Shown piece by piece: positions 27,361-36,308 of a stretch of DNA of 64,000 nt. The stretch is taken from NCBI GenBank assembly GCA_051362555.1, contig CM120649.1:14446001-14510000 (forward strand), read 5' to 3'. The position numbers were made by a program, and so were the translations under genes. The DNA is from Lingula anatina. Lineage: Eukaryota; Animalia; Brachiopoda. Under the pieces are notes generated by a model. The model made no database searches and had not been told where the DNA came from. It saw only the letters and a program-made list of their open reading frames with translations. How positions within the stretch are numbered: position 1 is the first letter of the stretch; every line of letters starts with the position of its first letter.

Positions 27361-30300
27361 GTAACAAATACAACAAGTATTAATTATACTAATTTTTTTA
27401 GCTAGCACTAAATGCGCTTACTAGAAAATTCATAGGCTCTAGAACTATTGTGGAACTGTATTAATGTACATTTTAAGACCTGTTCTACATGATGTAAAAG
27501 ACATGAAGTAAAGGTTATTACGTTAATATGAAATTCCATAATATGCAGTTTAATCCCTGCACTAGCTTACTGGTAATTAAGTGTATTTGGTACTTTTATT
27601 CCATCATTATCAATTCAATTATCACTAAAATTTTATTTCAATTACGAGTTATTACAGTAAGTTGGACATGCATGAAATGTGTCATGTTTTAATTTATGAT
27701 TTACGGTCCAACCAGTAATAAATATGTAAGATTACAACATGGTGTGATAAAAACTGTATTATTACCATATGCTGTGGTAAAAATTAAATGGGCAAGTTAT
27801 GAAGTGTATGAGAGAGAGAGAGAGAGAGAGACTCAGACAGCTGGAATTTAAAATGAGAATATCAATAAAAAAAGCTCAAAGGCAATCCTGACCCTGAACA
27901 AGAAATCATAACCTAATTCAACACAACCTTGAATAAGATATCAATTAATTACAGTCCAAAGATCAATAAAGCATTAAAAAAACATTACCGACGGTTCTTG
28001 CAAAATAACGACACATTCTCTCTCAATCATTCATAGCATCACACTACAGTGTTAAACAGTGCTGATCTTATCCCAACATCAGTTAAAAGGACACAAAAGA
28101 GGATTTTCGCGCCAAAATTGATTTATCCTGATTTATCCCGAGGTTAACACTACTTTTCCGCGATTGACCAACCTTTAATCTATCATTCCCGGCACTCGCC
28201 ATCGCTCTGTAACATTTTTGGAAAATACAATAAAAAGAAAACCTCCGCTTAAGCGGAGGTTTACCAACAACCACCTCCATTTTCATAATTGAGCTCTCTA
28301 GACTTCCGGATCTCGCGAGATTCTCGTATTGCGACCTAATTAAAACCAGTTCAAGCTGCCGGGAAAGGACAACGTGAAACAGGAGGCTCAGTTATGCTGG
28401 AAGTCTTTCGAAGAAGCGAAGACAGATAACAAAAAGAAAAAAGAAACAGCCTTTACAAAAAACATGCGTAAAACAGTGTATCAGCAAATGTACGACAGGC
28501 AAACAATAGACACCGGCGAGGAAGAAGGCAGATGAAAACCTGCTTGGGTGGCCATGGATACGAAGAATGGCCTGGCCGCGAAGTATTTACTGGATTTGTG
28601 AGTACCATTTACAATAATCTTTGAGATAAATCTCTGTGCTTAATAAATATTTTCACTGGTGTCTTATGTTTATTTACGTGTGTTCGTTGTATATCTTAAC
28701 GATTGTCAGGTTCGTCTGTCAAAATATGCCATGAAATTGTAACTAATATGAGTGGTATCGATGACAGAAATTGCAAGTGTTGCTCATATGTCGACTCTGA
28801 CAGGGTTTGGGTTAGTTTATAGAGCAAAGAAAGTTTAAATAAAAACGGACATGGTGGGAGATACTAGTCTCATTACATATACATTACAATGACCAGGGCG
28901 AATTTTTGACTTACCGAGGGCACATTTCTTGTGCCTCTAACATCTAGGCATACCACAGTAATTAAGACATATGACAAAGATGCTATTTCTTTAGGCATCT
29001 AAATCCCAAAATGAATGTGCAGAAGCTGTTATTGTATCTAAGTTTAACCCAATGTTAAATGGCATGTCAACTATAAGTGAAAATAAATAGTAGTATTTTG
29101 ATTTTATATTTTAAAGACAATTTGTCTCCTTTTTACATTAAAAATAAATAAATCAGAAAGGGGATATTGCATGTTTATGTTTGGTACATCTCTCTAATGT
29201 ATTAAATAGTCCAGAGTAATAATTTAGATCATACAATTTTAACTTCCAACCAGTATTTCGGAGATTAAACCAATATGAAGTGATCAAGAAACTTCAAAAT
29301 TAAGTTGTAGTTAATACTAGTGCAGTTGAAGATGACAGTCTAGATAATTTAAGGTGATCATATTGAGAAAAATGGCATTTATACTTATTTCAGTTGAGTT
29401 TTATACTTATTTCAGTTATGTTTTTACATAATTTTTCTCAAACTCGATTATCTTATTTTATGTACTGTTGCTTTTTTTTTTTTTGGTTGCAGTATCAAGG
29501 TAACTTTTTCCTATGGTATGCCTGAACTGGAAGAAGTGCAGATGGAAGAGGAGGAAGATGCTGAAAAAGAGGGAATTAAAGGATCCTGATGATCCAACAT
29601 GGGACTAAAACATGTCTTTAGAGTAAGCAGAATTTTAATAAGCTGATATTCACTCCTCATATATTAGGCATATAGGTGCATGATTTCTCTTTTATCAATT
29701 TTTTTTCCAAATTGGCGACACATAATGTAAACATAATGCAAGACTCTATTTCCTCCGTCAACTGAAACGTGCTAAGCTTTACCAAAGTATTGTGCACTCA
29801 ATTCTAGAATATGCCTGCCCTGTGTGGCATCCAGGACTAACTATAGAGCAATGCAAACTCTAAGAGACTGACCAAACTCGTGCTTTGAAGATTATTTTCC
29901 CTGACCTACACTATGATGAAACCCTGAACCTGGCATATGTGTACTTTAGATAAACGAAGAGATCTGTGCAAAACTTTCTTTTACAAAATAACTGAATCCT
30001 CTGACAAACTGAATCACATCTTTATTATCAATCCAATCTTCTTTTAAGATCAAACAATAGTAACAAAGTGCCACAATTTAAGACCGACAGATTCTGATGC
30101 TCTTTTATTCCGTATGCACTTTTAAATTTCCAATAGTATTATGTTGTCTTTTATCCTAAGTACAATAATTTTAAAGTTCAATTAGCAGTCTTTTAACTCA
30201 GTTTTATTCAAGCAAATATTCACTTTATTTTCATTATAATTTTCTTAACACTATGTACAACTTCAACCCACTGGGTTGCAATCTTAATAAATTATTATTA

Positions 30301-33300
30301 TTATTATTTTGATTTGCTTTTTTAGACCTAAAGGTTATGAGCAACTGCCAGTATGATGTCCTGAAGAAGAGTTTTTTACATGGAAGAGGAACTCCATGGC
30401 TCTCCACCAAAAAAAGATGAACTTTTCTTGAGGGTCCAAAGCGGGGACGAGTTGGATAGTGAGAGACTTTTCCTGACTTTCGAGTGCTGCTTACAGGATA
30501 TATTCAGTGAACTCATCTTGCCAATGTGACAAAGCATAATCTGCTGACTTCAAACCATCTAGCATTTACATGTATGCTATAATGCAGACAGATTGGAAAT
30601 CAAGGTGGTTTTTCCTCCCAAACCTAAGTCATATGCCTGATATTGAGAATAAACCATTTTGGTCCAGCATTTACTTCTTAAATCTAAATGACATCAAATG
30701 TATTATGGAGTATGGTACTGGTGGCATATTGTGATTTCAACTTGATTTTAAACCAGTGTGTTGTTAGATTTTGTAAGATCACCAGTTGCAGTTTTGTGAC
30801 TTTGTTACAGCATAAAATTCTGTATTTGGCAAATGACTGCATGTCATTTCTTTTAAGACCTACAAAAACGGTTTGAGTGAACACTTGTGCCTGTATTCAA
30901 TTCTCCACTCAGCCATTATTTAGAATTCATGCAGGGAAGGTATGCCTGTATTTTTTAAAGAAATATTTATACCTTTCTATTTATTCCCTGCACATCTTGG
31001 AAAAGTATGTGTGAATATCTTACTGATGAAACAATTTATGTTTGTGTAAGTTGGGTTGGTCCTTTCTTATGACACATCCCTTTGCATGGAGACAGCTCAC
31101 ATGAGTCAATACACTGACAGAGAGAGGGGGATAATTTGTTGATCTGCAATCCTCATGGGTCTGCATGTACATCAGACTCTTAACATGATAGCCTGGCTAT
31201 TAATAAGTCTCTCTCAAAAATGTTATCATACTATAATGTGTACTGCACAATGTGAAAGTTTGTGAATGCTTGAATAGAAGGCTTATTTATGAAGATGGCA
31301 TTAATGAGTATGAAAATAATTATGCATTCTAGCTTACAGAATCTGTGTATGTCTTATTCATTACATGTGACAGGTAATAATAAAGATGATTTGGCCAAAT
31401 TCCAAACTTATGTAGCAAACTTTGTTTATTCTTGTATTTTTGCCAAATATAAATAAAAGATGTTTCAATATTTAAACTTTTATTTCATTCATAATCTCTA
31501 CCCAGTTAATGCTTCATTGATACTGCAGCTTGTACTTTGTACATAACAATATGTTAATTAATAATAACAGTTGGATAGTACATGTTAATTTACTAAAGGG
31601 CTAGTTCTTAGAAAAACATGTTCGACATTAAAATATATTCTAAAAAAGTTTTCAAGTATTGCATTAGAATTGAATCTTTGGATGTATTTGACAAAATTAT
31701 AAAATTATTGAAGAGTTGACAATGCACAGAAAATAAAGGCCTTGAGGCTCTCGCTGATCTCAGTCTTGTCACTTTAAATACATGTACATGGGCATTATAA
31801 TATAAAACTGTTCACTCGGTTTTGGTAAAAGGTGGTGGATCGTGGTCATCGCTGCAAATTTTTTGTAGCAGTCTTTTACACAACTTGTCACACCGACATT
31901 GAAGTGATGCAGTATTGTAAGATTGGAGTGCTTCCTGGTATGAGTTTTCCAGACATAACTTGAGGCACTGTAATAGTAAAATTACATAAAATGGTTATAA
32001 AGAAAAAAATGTATTGATATTATCATAACAGCACTATTCTTTAACAAAAATCAACAAATCAGAGGGCATGATCACTACATGATAACCAACTTATTATAAA
32101 GAAGCAAGTCTGATTATGGCAAAAAAAAAAAAAAAAAAAAAAAAAAAATTAAATTTAAATATCTGCAGCTGCATTAAATCATAAAGGCCACAAGAAGAAA
32201 TAACATAATCACACATGGTTTCAAAGAACTGATGTAAAAAAATCACACTAATATTCCCCACTTGGAATTAGAATTTTGACTAGCTAATTTACTACAGTAA
32301 AGTGCTAAACCGTACCAAATGGCACTGTTCACCCTCTAAAATACCAAAGTTTTAAGCAGGCCCAGGACCCCACGCCAACTAGGGGGGGTCGGCTTTGCAT
32401 CCGCGGACCCCCCCCCCCCCCTTTCAAATAATCCTGGATCCGCCCATGTTATACTGCTAAAATTATTAACATACCTGATCTCTTCACTCGTGCTTGAAGG
32501 GGTGTATCACCCAATTCCTCCTCTGAAAGGCTAAAAAATCATTCCTTAAAATCATATTCATTGACAATATTATTAAATTTACAAATAAGCTAACGTAGTT
32601 ACGTGCCGTACAAAGAACACCCTCTAACCCCACTAGTACTCGAGTTACATTGTATATCTCATGGGATTCCCCTGCGAGAATATGGTGTGAGGTTAGTCTG
32701 TAAGTACTGGTTGATGACCACATTGAGCAGAAAAGGGTATTCCTCCTGCTTTACAGAACTATACACCTCAGGGGTAAAGTGCACTATCTCGCTTCATATA
32801 ATTAGTAGTACGTACCCAGTGCGAGTGATTTGGCTGCGAGTGCGTTACCCGAGGAAACGTTAATTATTAGCAGTTATCTACGCTTTTTAACTTCCTCTGC
32901 CAGATATTTTGATTTCCACTGCCATCTTCCCATTTTAAAGTACTTTTGGTAAATATAACTCGCTTACCTGCAAAGATTCGGTGAGCAATTCCTCTTCTCC
33001 TTCACGTCCACGCTCACCTTCGAAACGACATGCTGTCTGCATTGTTTACATCTCGTATCTGAGTCGAGAAGCCGCGTTATTTCAAACTGTGTCAAGATGG
33101 CTGACGCCCGGGGTTCGAAAGTGGACGGTGAATATGATTCTTTTTTTCGATATTGATTAAGGCCATTTACCTGCCATTTTATGCTTTCCCCATAGCAATT
33201 GTTCTCAGATAAGTTAAAAAAGAAGCAATCCATGCACTAAAAAGGCGTTTTTAATCCTATTTTTTGTCCCTTTAATTGGAATCAATAAAATTTAAAGTCA

Positions 33301-35043
33301 TTCCATAAGATCACCAGTGCACTCGGTAGGATTTTTCTAAGGGAGTACCGTACCCCTTGCCCAAAAAAAGAAGGGGTAATTTTCAAAATGAAGGGGTAAA
33401 ATTAAAAAATGCTCATCAAGGTGTAATTTTGTGTATTAAGCCTAACTGCTTCCTTAGTAAAGTTTTTAAAAAAAATAGGTCAAACAAGCGCTCTGTAATA
33501 GTTTGGAGAGGGAGAGATAGAGAACGGCGCCAAAATGTCTGGACACTGACAAGTAGTCACCCAGTATCCGTCTCTGTCAAACAAGCATTTTTTAGTATAC
33601 TATTTGAGAAGGGACACAAAATTTACATATTTAGCCATTTTAATCAATCAAAATGTTCATACTTCTTACTCTTCCTAGTGTTTCTCCCTAAAATTGATGC
33701 CGACAAAAAGTAGGTCAAGTCGGGAACATTATATATAGGCACCCGTCGTTTTTAAGTTTTACTAAATTGTTTATAAAAATAAAACCTTTGCTTTCAATTT
33801 GTAAATAATTACTAGAAATATTATTTCACAGTTTGTTGAAAGATAATTTTTATTTATGTTTGTTAGCGCAGCACTTCAAGTTCAACTGTTTTCTAAGCTG
33901 GCCAAATCTGGAGCTAGATGGTTGCTGCAAACCACTTTGTTTCCAACCGGCAAATGACTGCCAATAATAAACGATCTATTTTGTCTGTGATAATAAATTT
34001 TACACTTCAAATTTTCCGGGCAAGCGAACAGCCGAAAGTCACTTGCGTTTCCGGGCAACTACCAGCTAAATTTTAGTTGCCCGGCTGATAAAACTAGTTG
34101 CGAAACGCAACCATCGCAAGTAGGTATGTCGGACTCTGAAATCTATAGTAAATAACATTGCCTACCTTGCATGACAAAACCTTTTAATTGACTGTTGTTT
34201 TTTTCCTTTGCTTTTCCTTTTTCTCGTCATTTTGTCATCATTGGTAATCAGCAGAGCTGGAAATTCTCGGTCGCCCGCTCGTCAAATGCGACTAAAAATT
34301 TATTCTGACGACTAAAACTACAAAAGTCACAAGGGTTACTGGCCTAAAGTATTTGGTCTGGGCGAGTGATTTAAATTGGTCCTAAACGTATGGTTGCTCA
34401 ATTAAAATGTTGAACAATTATGTGAATAAAAAAACGATCATTTCATCGTTGTTCATACCTTGTTTATACTAAAGAGAGGCACACGTGCTTTGACCTAAAA
34501 CTTGCATATTATGACCAATCAGAGAAGATTACGTCATCCTCTGCGGGTCAGTGAAAGAAGAAGCATGTTTTAGTCGGGTAATTCAAATATCTTAAGAAAA
34601 AAATGAGACACTTGGGAATCAATTATGACATTTTCAACATGAGTCTGACCGTCAACAGTCAACGGACTGGTCAACTTCGCCGATCTTCAAAGCCAAAGGT
34701 GTGCGTATTCTTACGCGCTGGGGCTCCAGCCAATGCGTAAAAACAGTAAAACAACGCGTAATTACGCACTCTCATACGCTAACGAGTTTACTGATCACAT
34801 ATGGGAGCAATTATACTGATAAATTGCACACTATAAGTCACAAACTATCCATTTTCTATAGTGAAAAACAAATATCTTTATAGTAAGTTTGTTGAATGAC
34901 AAGAACTGACATTTTTGAAACACGGCTACTAGTAACCAAATGCAAATATAAATACCACCAAATGCAAACACAAATCATAACAGGACATTTCAAGTATTTA
35001 AATCGACACAAAACACGTTCCTCACCTTTGCTAAAATCACCAT
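1..35043 (-). CDS. MYO7A: Unconventional myosin VIIa (crinkled/MYO7A-type), spliced CDS span; 3' part runs off the left edge
   Basis: 30 GT-AG exons join in frame: P-loop [11 protein letters not shown], switch [10 protein letters not shown], switch [39 protein letters not shown] motifs, charged helix, MyTH4 ([28 protein letters not shown]) and FERM ([25 protein letters not shown]). Many exon lengths equal those I recall for human MYO7A. Confidence 0.97.
538..681 (-). CDS. MYO7A: Myosin VIIa coding exon 29 ([13 protein letters not shown]...YWMN)
   Basis: cag/GTGAGC, 144 nt. Confidence 0.94.
1048..1275 (-). CDS. MYO7A: Myosin VIIa coding exon 28 ([20 protein letters not shown]...GEYRCEK)
   Basis: cag/GTAAGT, 228 nt. 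Confidence 0.96.
1733..1906 (-). CDS. MYO7A: Myosin VIIa coding exon 27 ([17 protein letters not shown]...ALFDK; FERM-1)
   Basis: tag/GTTGGT, 174 nt. Confidence 0.95.
2183..2311 (-). CDS. MYO7A: Myosin VIIa coding exon 26 (FVKYLRCF...QPPSWLELQ)
   Basis: cag/GTATAC, 129 nt. Confidence 0.95.
2710..2827 (-). CDS. MYO7A: Myosin VIIa coding exon 25 ([11 protein letters not shown]...CFAPSDK)
   Basis: cag/GTAATA, 118 nt. Confidence 0.95.
3182..3501 (-). CDS. MYO7A: Myosin VIIa coding exon 24 ([10 protein letters not shown]...[17 protein letters not shown])
   Basis: tag/GTAGGA, 320 nt. Confidence 0.95.
3926..4222 (-). CDS. MYO7A: Myosin VIIa coding exon 23 ([18 protein letters not shown]...[11 protein letters not shown])
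   Basis: cag/GTAGGT, 297 nt, start of MyTH4-1. Confidence 0.95.
4543..4617 (-). CDS. MYO7A: Myosin VIIa coding exon 22 (VDQMFGF...APEGFK)
   Basis: cag/GTACTA, 75 nt. Confidence 0.92.
4804..4935 (-). CDS. MYO7A: Myosin VIIa coding exon 21 (ERLSRIE...EPVDDSKM)
   Basis: tag/GTGAGA, 132 nt. Confidence 0.93.
5118..5294. mobile_element. MITE-like element, TIR CAGGGCT(C/T)GACA, 5-bp TSD TCAGC
   Basis: TIR and exact TSD visible. Confidence 0.8.
6126..6338 (-). CDS. Candidate alternative first coding exon (71 aa, acidic, MEDDFSSS...KISWLP) for a tail-only myosin VIIa isoform
   Basis: AAGATGG start context, open frame with internal ESxPNN repeats, donor CCA|GTAAGG in phase 0 with exon 21; X-box about 330 bp upstream. 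Confidence 0.55.
6669..6682. promoter_or_regulatory. RFX X-box GTTACCATGGCAAC
   Basis: Exact fit to the GTTRCCATGGYAAC consensus, upstream of the candidate internal first exon. Confidence 0.65.
7561..7668 (-). CDS. MYO7A: Myosin VIIa coding exon 20 (charged helix [17 protein letters not shown]...)
   Basis: cag/GTAAAT, 108 nt. Confidence 0.94.
8014..8136 (-). CDS. MYO7A: Myosin VIIa coding exon 19 ([10 protein letters not shown]...[12 protein letters not shown])
   Basis: cag/GTAAGA, 123 nt. Confidence 0.93.
8608..8703 (-). CDS. MYO7A: Myosin VIIa coding exon 18 ([15 protein letters not shown]...FQ)
   Basis: cag/GTCAGT, 96 nt. Confidence 0.93.
10405..10584 (-). CDS. MYO7A: Myosin VIIa coding exon 17 (IQ1-2: [16 protein letters not shown])
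   Basis: aag/GTAAGT, 180 nt. Confidence 0.94.
11234..11482 (-). CDS. MYO7A: Myosin VIIa coding exon 16 ([18 protein letters not shown]...KVFLK)
   Basis: cag/GTACTG, 249 nt. Confidence 0.96.
11794..11931 (-). CDS. MYO7A: Myosin VIIa coding exon 15 ([11 protein letters not shown]...[14 protein letters not shown])
   Basis: cag/GTATGT, 138 nt. Confidence 0.96.
12294..12400 (-). CDS. MYO7A: Myosin VIIa coding exon 14 (FLEKNRD...DMHM)
   Basis: cag/GTGGGT, 107 nt. Confidence 0.95.
12823..12958 (-). CDS. MYO7A: Myosin VIIa coding exon 13 ([10 protein letters not shown]...[12 protein letters not shown])
   Basis: cag/GTGAGA, 136 nt. Confidence 0.95.
13201..13411 (-). CDS. MYO7A: Myosin VIIa coding exon 12 ([11 protein letters not shown]...DEESKFPK)
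   Basis: cag/GTATTG, 211 nt. Confidence 0.96.
13743..13878 (-). CDS. MYO7A: Myosin VIIa coding exon 11 (GIYGRMF...[10 protein letters not shown])
   Basis: aag/GTGGGT, 136 nt. Confidence 0.94.
14205..14325 (-). CDS. MYO7A: Myosin VIIa coding exon 10 ([11 protein letters not shown]...DVRDAFVK)
   Basis: cag/GTTTGG, 121 nt, ends in phase 1. Confidence 0.92.
14616..14692 (-). CDS. MYO7A: Myosin VIIa coding exon 9 ([11 protein letters not shown]...AAKMLG)
   Basis: cag/GTGAGA, 77 nt. Confidence 0.93.
15048..15201 (-). CDS. MYO7A: Myosin VIIa coding exon 8 (GGDIHCEG...[10 protein letters not shown])
   Basis: tag/GTAAGA, 154 nt. Confidence 0.95.
17841..17960. mobile_element. MITE-like element, TIR CAGGGTT(T)CCCA, imperfect 5-bp TSD CATAT/AATAT
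   Basis: TIR visible. Confidence 0.6.
18408..18419 (-). CDS. Candidate 12-nt microexon (DPSK) in the myosin motor
   Basis: ctttcttcttttcttcaag|GACCCATCCAAG|gtaaca; phase 0-0, matching the host intron. Confidence 0.55.
18995..19108 (-). CDS. MYO7A: Myosin VIIa coding exon 7 ([11 protein letters not shown]...YYYLVQ)
   Basis: cag/GTAACT, 114 nt. Confidence 0.95.
19437..19579 (-). CDS. MYO7A: Myosin VIIa coding exon 6 ([18 protein letters not shown]...YLLEKSR)
   Basis: cag/GTGAAC, 143 nt. Confidence 0.96.
19928..20049 (-). CDS. MYO7A: Myosin VIIa coding exon 5 (P-loop [12 protein letters not shown])
   Basis: cag/GTATTT, 122 nt. Confidence 0.96.
20514..20698 (-). CDS. MYO7A: Myosin VIIa coding exon 4 ([13 protein letters not shown]...PPHIFAI...DQCVII)
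   Basis: cag/GTGAGA, 185 nt. Confidence 0.96.
20772..20860 (-). repeat. Diverged partial duplicate of the exon 4 acceptor and first ~47 nt (120-bp offset)
   Basis: [16 protein letters not shown] versus [16 protein letters not shown], with similar flanking intron. Confidence 0.9.
24061..24207 (-). CDS. MYO7A: Myosin VIIa coding exon 3 (EHWIK...[18 protein letters not shown]...IY)
   Basis: tag/GTAAGT, 147 nt. Confidence 0.95.
24560..24736 (-). CDS. Candidate alternative start exon (59 aa MFRMPMDW...FRETW) splicing into exon 3
   Basis: CACCATG start with an in-frame stop just upstream, GC-richer than the intron, donor TGG|GTTGGT in phase 0. Confidence 0.45.
25713..25726. promoter_or_regulatory. 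Near-consensus X-box (GTTTCCATGGCAAT on the minus strand)
   Basis: Close to the X-box consensus; about 1 kb upstream of the 24736 candidate start exon. Confidence 0.4.
27026..27145 (-). CDS. MYO7A: Myosin VIIa coding exon 2 (GDHIWLD...DDDGK)
   Basis: cag/GTGAGG, 120 nt, N-terminal SH3-like region. Confidence 0.95.
27278..27360 (-). repeat. Partial duplicate of the exon 2 acceptor, its (TAT)n tract and first ~32 nt
   Basis: Near-identical to 27114-27190. Confidence 0.92.
27989..28030 (-). CDS. Candidate alternative first coding exon [14 protein letters not shown]
   Basis: ATG to TCG|GTAATG, 42 nt, phase 0 into exon 2; contains VILQ like the canonical N-terminus; lies downstream of the CpG-rich promoter at 28.1-28.4 kb. 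Confidence 0.55.
28100..28400. promoter_or_regulatory. CpG-rich, probably bidirectional promoter with ETS (ACTTCCGG 28302-28309) and TCTCGCGAGA (28311-28320) motifs
   Basis: CpG enrichment against a CpG-poor background; first-exon-type donors on both strands. Confidence 0.65.
28330..31470 (+). ncRNA. Nested antisense spliced transcript (exons ~28330-28597, 29493-29622, 30326-~30670 or ~31470); lncRNA or micropeptide gene
   Basis: Donors TT|GTGAGT and GA|GTAAGC, T-rich acceptors, purine-rich exons, AATAAA at ~30648 and 31452; only short ORFs. Confidence 0.5.
29700..30307 (+). mobile_element. 5'-truncated, degenerate non-LTR retrotransposon (L2/CR1-like), ORF2 C-terminus plus 3' tail
   Basis: Fragments translate as [24 protein letters not shown] and [14 protein letters not shown]; 3' stem CAACCCA-C-TGGGTTG, AATAAA and (ATT)n tail. 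Confidence 0.8.
31812..31967 (-). mobile_element. Non-LTR retrotransposon ORF2 C-terminal remnant, possibly exonized
   Basis: Translates as SYQEALQ...[12 protein letters not shown], with frameshifted IHHLLPKP, resembling the post-RT region of L2/CR1-like elements; preceded by acceptor ttactattacag. Confidence 0.55.
32475..32522 (-). other. Candidate 48-nt internal exon of the nested minus-strand transcript
   Basis: ttttttagcctttcag|...CAG|GTATGT; contains a stop when read in phase 0. Confidence 0.55.
32968..33042 (-). CDS. Candidate first exon [28 protein letters not shown] (nested transcript and/or alternative myosin start)
   Basis: CpG-rich promoter-like region, strong donor CAG|GTAAGC, phase 0; YY1-like AAGATGGC nearby on both strands. 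Confidence 0.4.
34460..34790. promoter_or_regulatory. CpG-rich promoter/enhancer-like patch (CACGTG, CCAAT, TTACGTCA)
   Basis: Motif cluster and CpG enrichment; minus-strand donor AAG|GTATGA at 34458. Confidence 0.35.
35026..35043 (-). CDS. MYO7A: Myosin VIIa canonical first coding exon MVILAK (whole exon 35026-35121 including 5'UTR with uORF MPLER*)
   Basis: ATG GTG ATT TTA GCA AAG then donor GTGAGG; acceptor ctttacag; 18 coding nt, phase 0 into GDHIW, matching MVILQQ|GDHVW as I recall it for vertebrate MYO7A. Confidence 0.85.
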
Positions 35044-36134
35044 CTTTGTGGGTCACCCCTTGTGAATCGTCCTTTGCAATGTGAAGTCGTCCTCAACGTT
35101 CTAAAGGCATAGTTCTCCTTTCTGTAAAGCAGAAACGTAAATATTACTCTTACATAAGACACGCTTTACAAATGAAACATATCTGTGTTCTTTCGTGTGA
35201 TTGTAACTGGGTTTTTCCTTTATGTGAGTAGCTGTAATGAAATAAAATATGCAGAAGAGAGAGGAGGGGTATTACTTTCCACTGTGCTGGTTCTTTTAAT
35301 TATCATTGCAGCTGCAGTATAAATCATATGGTTAATTTCTTTTGCTTGCAATTTTAATTAAAGTGTAGGGGAGGAAGGGGGGGTAGTTTTAAGGAAAAGA
35401 TAATTTGATATTAACATGATCCCATTACCTTTCAAAGGTAATATTCTTTTGAAGTTACTCATTTATATAACCTTTAACTTTAGTTGGCATGAAATTTGGA
35501 AGCAATATGCATTATGTTAAGATCTAACAACTTGTTGCCACTACTAACGAAGTGATTTACCTCTGAAGAAGTGGAATACGAAATAGTAAATGCATGGTTT
35601 CAACATTTTGGCAAAATAATGCCCAAATACAAAGATTTTAAAAAAGTCCTGTAATAGATGTGACTGTGCTACCCCCCCCCCCCCCCCAACACGCACGCAT
35701 GCATGCACGCACGCACACGCACACACACAGGGATTAGGGTAGGACACTCTACCTCAAGATACTGTTATCCAGGATCCTACTATGAGCAGAGTCTACCAGT
35801 AGAGCAGACAAAGTCAGTAGCTGTATTGGAACAAGGCACACTCCTTGTCTTGTGTCATATACCTACAGTACTTATCTCCCATACAGGTTTATGATCAAAC
35901 TATGTGTAAACTGCAGCAAAATATGTCAACATACTTATCATGAAGTCATACCTTTCCTGGACTCGGTGGTTAGCAAGAAGGAGCACGGACAGGGATTAAA
36001 AACTACTATAACTGACAAATCAACAACCAAGAAACTGTGGCAGAAATGGCCTTGTTTTGCATAATGTGAAAAGATGAAGAAGATGAATTGCACAGCCTAT
36101 AGGCCTGTATATCTGCACTGCTGGTAAACACTGA

Positions 36135-36308
36135 CTGGGGTAGCGCTAAGACTCGCCAATTTAGCCAAATGCTTAAACTGACTTAAATTGGCTAAAGAAA
36201 AAGGGCTTGATTTGACATGTTTTAGCCAAATTATAACCATTTTGATAACAAATTGACAAAAATGTGATGATTTGGCTAAGTGAAAAAAATTGCTAACGCT
36301 ACCCCCAG
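36135..36308. mobile_element. MITE-like element, TIR CTGGGG(G)TAGCG, imperfect 5-bp TSD ACTGA/TCTGA
   Basis: TIR visible. Confidence 0.65.

Noticed and set aside
29493-30410. In-frame TGA codons as possible selenocysteine
   Set aside because: No recognisable selenoprotein motif or SECIS; other frames are closed by TAA.
33097-33127. Plus-strand start [10 protein letters not shown] followed by a GTGAAT donor
   Set aside because: No compatible downstream plus-strand exon found; the ATG is part of a YY1-like AAGATGGC motif.
34166-34480. TOP-like start and tiny exons suggesting a snoRNA host gene
   Set aside because: The second exon lacks a pyrimidine tract and I found no C/D or H/ACA snoRNA in the interval, which is mostly MITE-like sequence.
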